DNA of 63,855 nt from Carcharhinus longimanus (Eukaryota), in contig JASCQW010000122.1 of the NCBI GenBank assembly GCA_030264375.1, forward strand, positions 22,898,517 to 22,962,371, read 5' to 3'. A program made the position numbers and the translations under genes. The first letter of the stretch is position 1, and every line of letters starts with the position of its first letter. Below, piece by piece: positions 62,212-63,855 of this stretch. The notes under the pieces were generated by a model. That model was given only the letters and a program-made list of their open reading frames with translations, ran no database searches and had not been told where the DNA came from.

Positions 62212-62585
62212 AATGCGGGCAAATGGAATTTAATGTTGGCAAGCGCGAGGTGGTCCACTTTGGTAGGAATAATGTTACTTACGTGGCGAAAAACTGCAGC
62301 AGGCAACGGTGCAGAGGGACCTCGGGGTCCTTGCGCATGAGTCGCAAAAACCCAGCCTGCAGGTGCAGCAGGTGGTCAGGAAGGCGAATGGGATGCTGGC
62401 CTTCATAGCGANNNNNNNNNNNNNNNNNNNNNNNNNNNNNNNNNNNNNNNNNNNNNNNNNNNNNNNNNNNNNNNNNNNNNNNNNNNNNNNNNNNNNNNNN
62501 NNNNNNNNNNNCTTATTGAATGGCGGGGCAGGCTCGAAGGGCTAGATGGCCTACTCCTGCTCCTATTTCTTATGTTCTTATGTTT
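62212..62585 (+). mobile_element. CR1 LINE fragment, CpG-rich (young), spanning a gap
   Basis: MEFNVGKREVVHFGR and QRDLGVLAHESQK..VRKANGMLAFIA; tail TTCTTATGTTCTTATG. Confidence 0.88.
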
Positions 62586-63855
62586 CCCACCACATTCAAT
62601 GCAGTAAACAATGAGCACAATTTGTCAACCTTGTGGTTCTAACTTAACTGATAGCCCAGCTCTCTGCAGCATGTGTCAAATGCTGTTTTAGAATGTTGCT
62701 GTGAGGCATCTTGCAATGATGCGGTGCCTTAACGGCACTCTGCAAATTGTTGTTGTTGATTGGCTGCCTAATTTGCTGGATGACATTGCTATTTCTGGAT
62801 GCCCAGAGATCCCCCTTGACTCAGTGCCACTAAATTCAGATGGACATTCAGAAAGGGGAAACCCACACCAAAGGAATCGCTGGATCCTTGTGGCCAGTCT
62901 ACTCTAAGGTCAGCAGCAAATGGTGACATTTTCCAGGGGACCCTGGGCTACCCTTTAAGTTAGAACTCAAGGTTGACAAATTGTCTACTGTTTTGGTTGC
63001 ACCAGAAATATGTAAGTATATTTATTTGTTATTTCTAACATTCTCTGCACTTGCAAGGAACAGATTTTAAACATCCCAACCATGAGATTTTCAATTCCCC
63101 ACAAGAATCAACCTCCAGCTAAAGAACATAAAGTGTGTGAATGTGTGAACTAAGGCCTAATGAATCAACACTGTATGTACGAGCTTTTCAACTTGCCCGC
63201 TGATCCACTTATAGTACTGAGCCCAGTCCCGTTCAGCAGCATTGCAATTCAAAAGCTGAACTGTAGCGTTAGGGTCGATGCTTATAAGGCCAGTTTGAAT
63301 GCCTTGTAGCCATCGCTTACCAATGGCAACATGCAATACAATAAAATATAGGTTGAAGAGATTTGCTGCTCCATCATTGGGTTAGCTTCAGGTGATCAAA
63401 TGAATTAATTTCTGCCTGGTTGTTTTAATTTGCCCAGCAGAAAACTACCACATCTTTCTCTGAAAGCTCATTAATAAGCCTCAATATGCAAATAAACCAA
63501 CTTTACTCTCTTTTGGGAGGTGCAAAATATAGATGCATATAAACTATTTGAAGTACTACTAACTTAACACTATGGTTACTAGCTCTTTAGGTTCTGAATC
63601 CAGATTTAGTTCTACTTTCAAGCCTGTCTCTCCCCAAACCCCCCACCGACAATTCCGCGAGTTCCTTTATCTTGAAAAATCGCTTTCCATGGCAAACAGG
63701 TTAGGTTTTAATTGTAATTAACCCAAGTTTGTTTGATTTGCATTTACTTCAGGGTTGTTTCCACAAATACTCAATCAGACTTCCCATTTATTTTACATTT
63801 AACACTTTAATCTCCAACCTAAATCTTGTATTCCTAAAACTAAACATTGTGCTAT

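Noticed and set aside
1-63855. Prokaryote-type systems (CRISPR arrays, operons, defence islands) or an endogenous viral gene block
   Set aside because: No regularly spaced repeats and no long intact ORFs; the content is explained by vertebrate exons, introns and retroelements

Overview
Eukaryotic genomic DNA, almost certainly from a shark or other cartilaginous fish (HE1-type tRNA SINEs, CR1/HER1-like LINEs and Deu-domain SINE remnants), from a gapped draft assembly. The only host gene I can support is the 3' half of TCF7L2 (TCF4, Wnt effector) on the minus strand. Exons 7-12 and 14-17 (human 17-exon numbering) are each bounded by GT/AG and have the expected sizes. They include the HMG box, both alternative C-clamp exons (CRARF and CRALF), the 25-nt microexon 16, the dual-frame terminal exon with two CtBP motifs, and a 3'UTR ending near 28310. 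I did not find exon 6 or any earlier exon, and I could not recognise exon 13. The rest is intron or intergenic DNA rich in retroelements. The most unusual items are: a full-length but 20-residue-diverged histone H4 ORF inserted inside a CR1 reverse transcriptase region; two pol-less Gypsy-derived LTR elements with coiled-coil-like internal sequence; Penelope-like termini with hammerhead ribozyme motifs; a locally templated insertion in a SINE; and an intronic RBFOX motif cluster. I found no convincing wholly new multi-gene system. Comparisons with human sequence and repeat consensus are from memory and were not computed.
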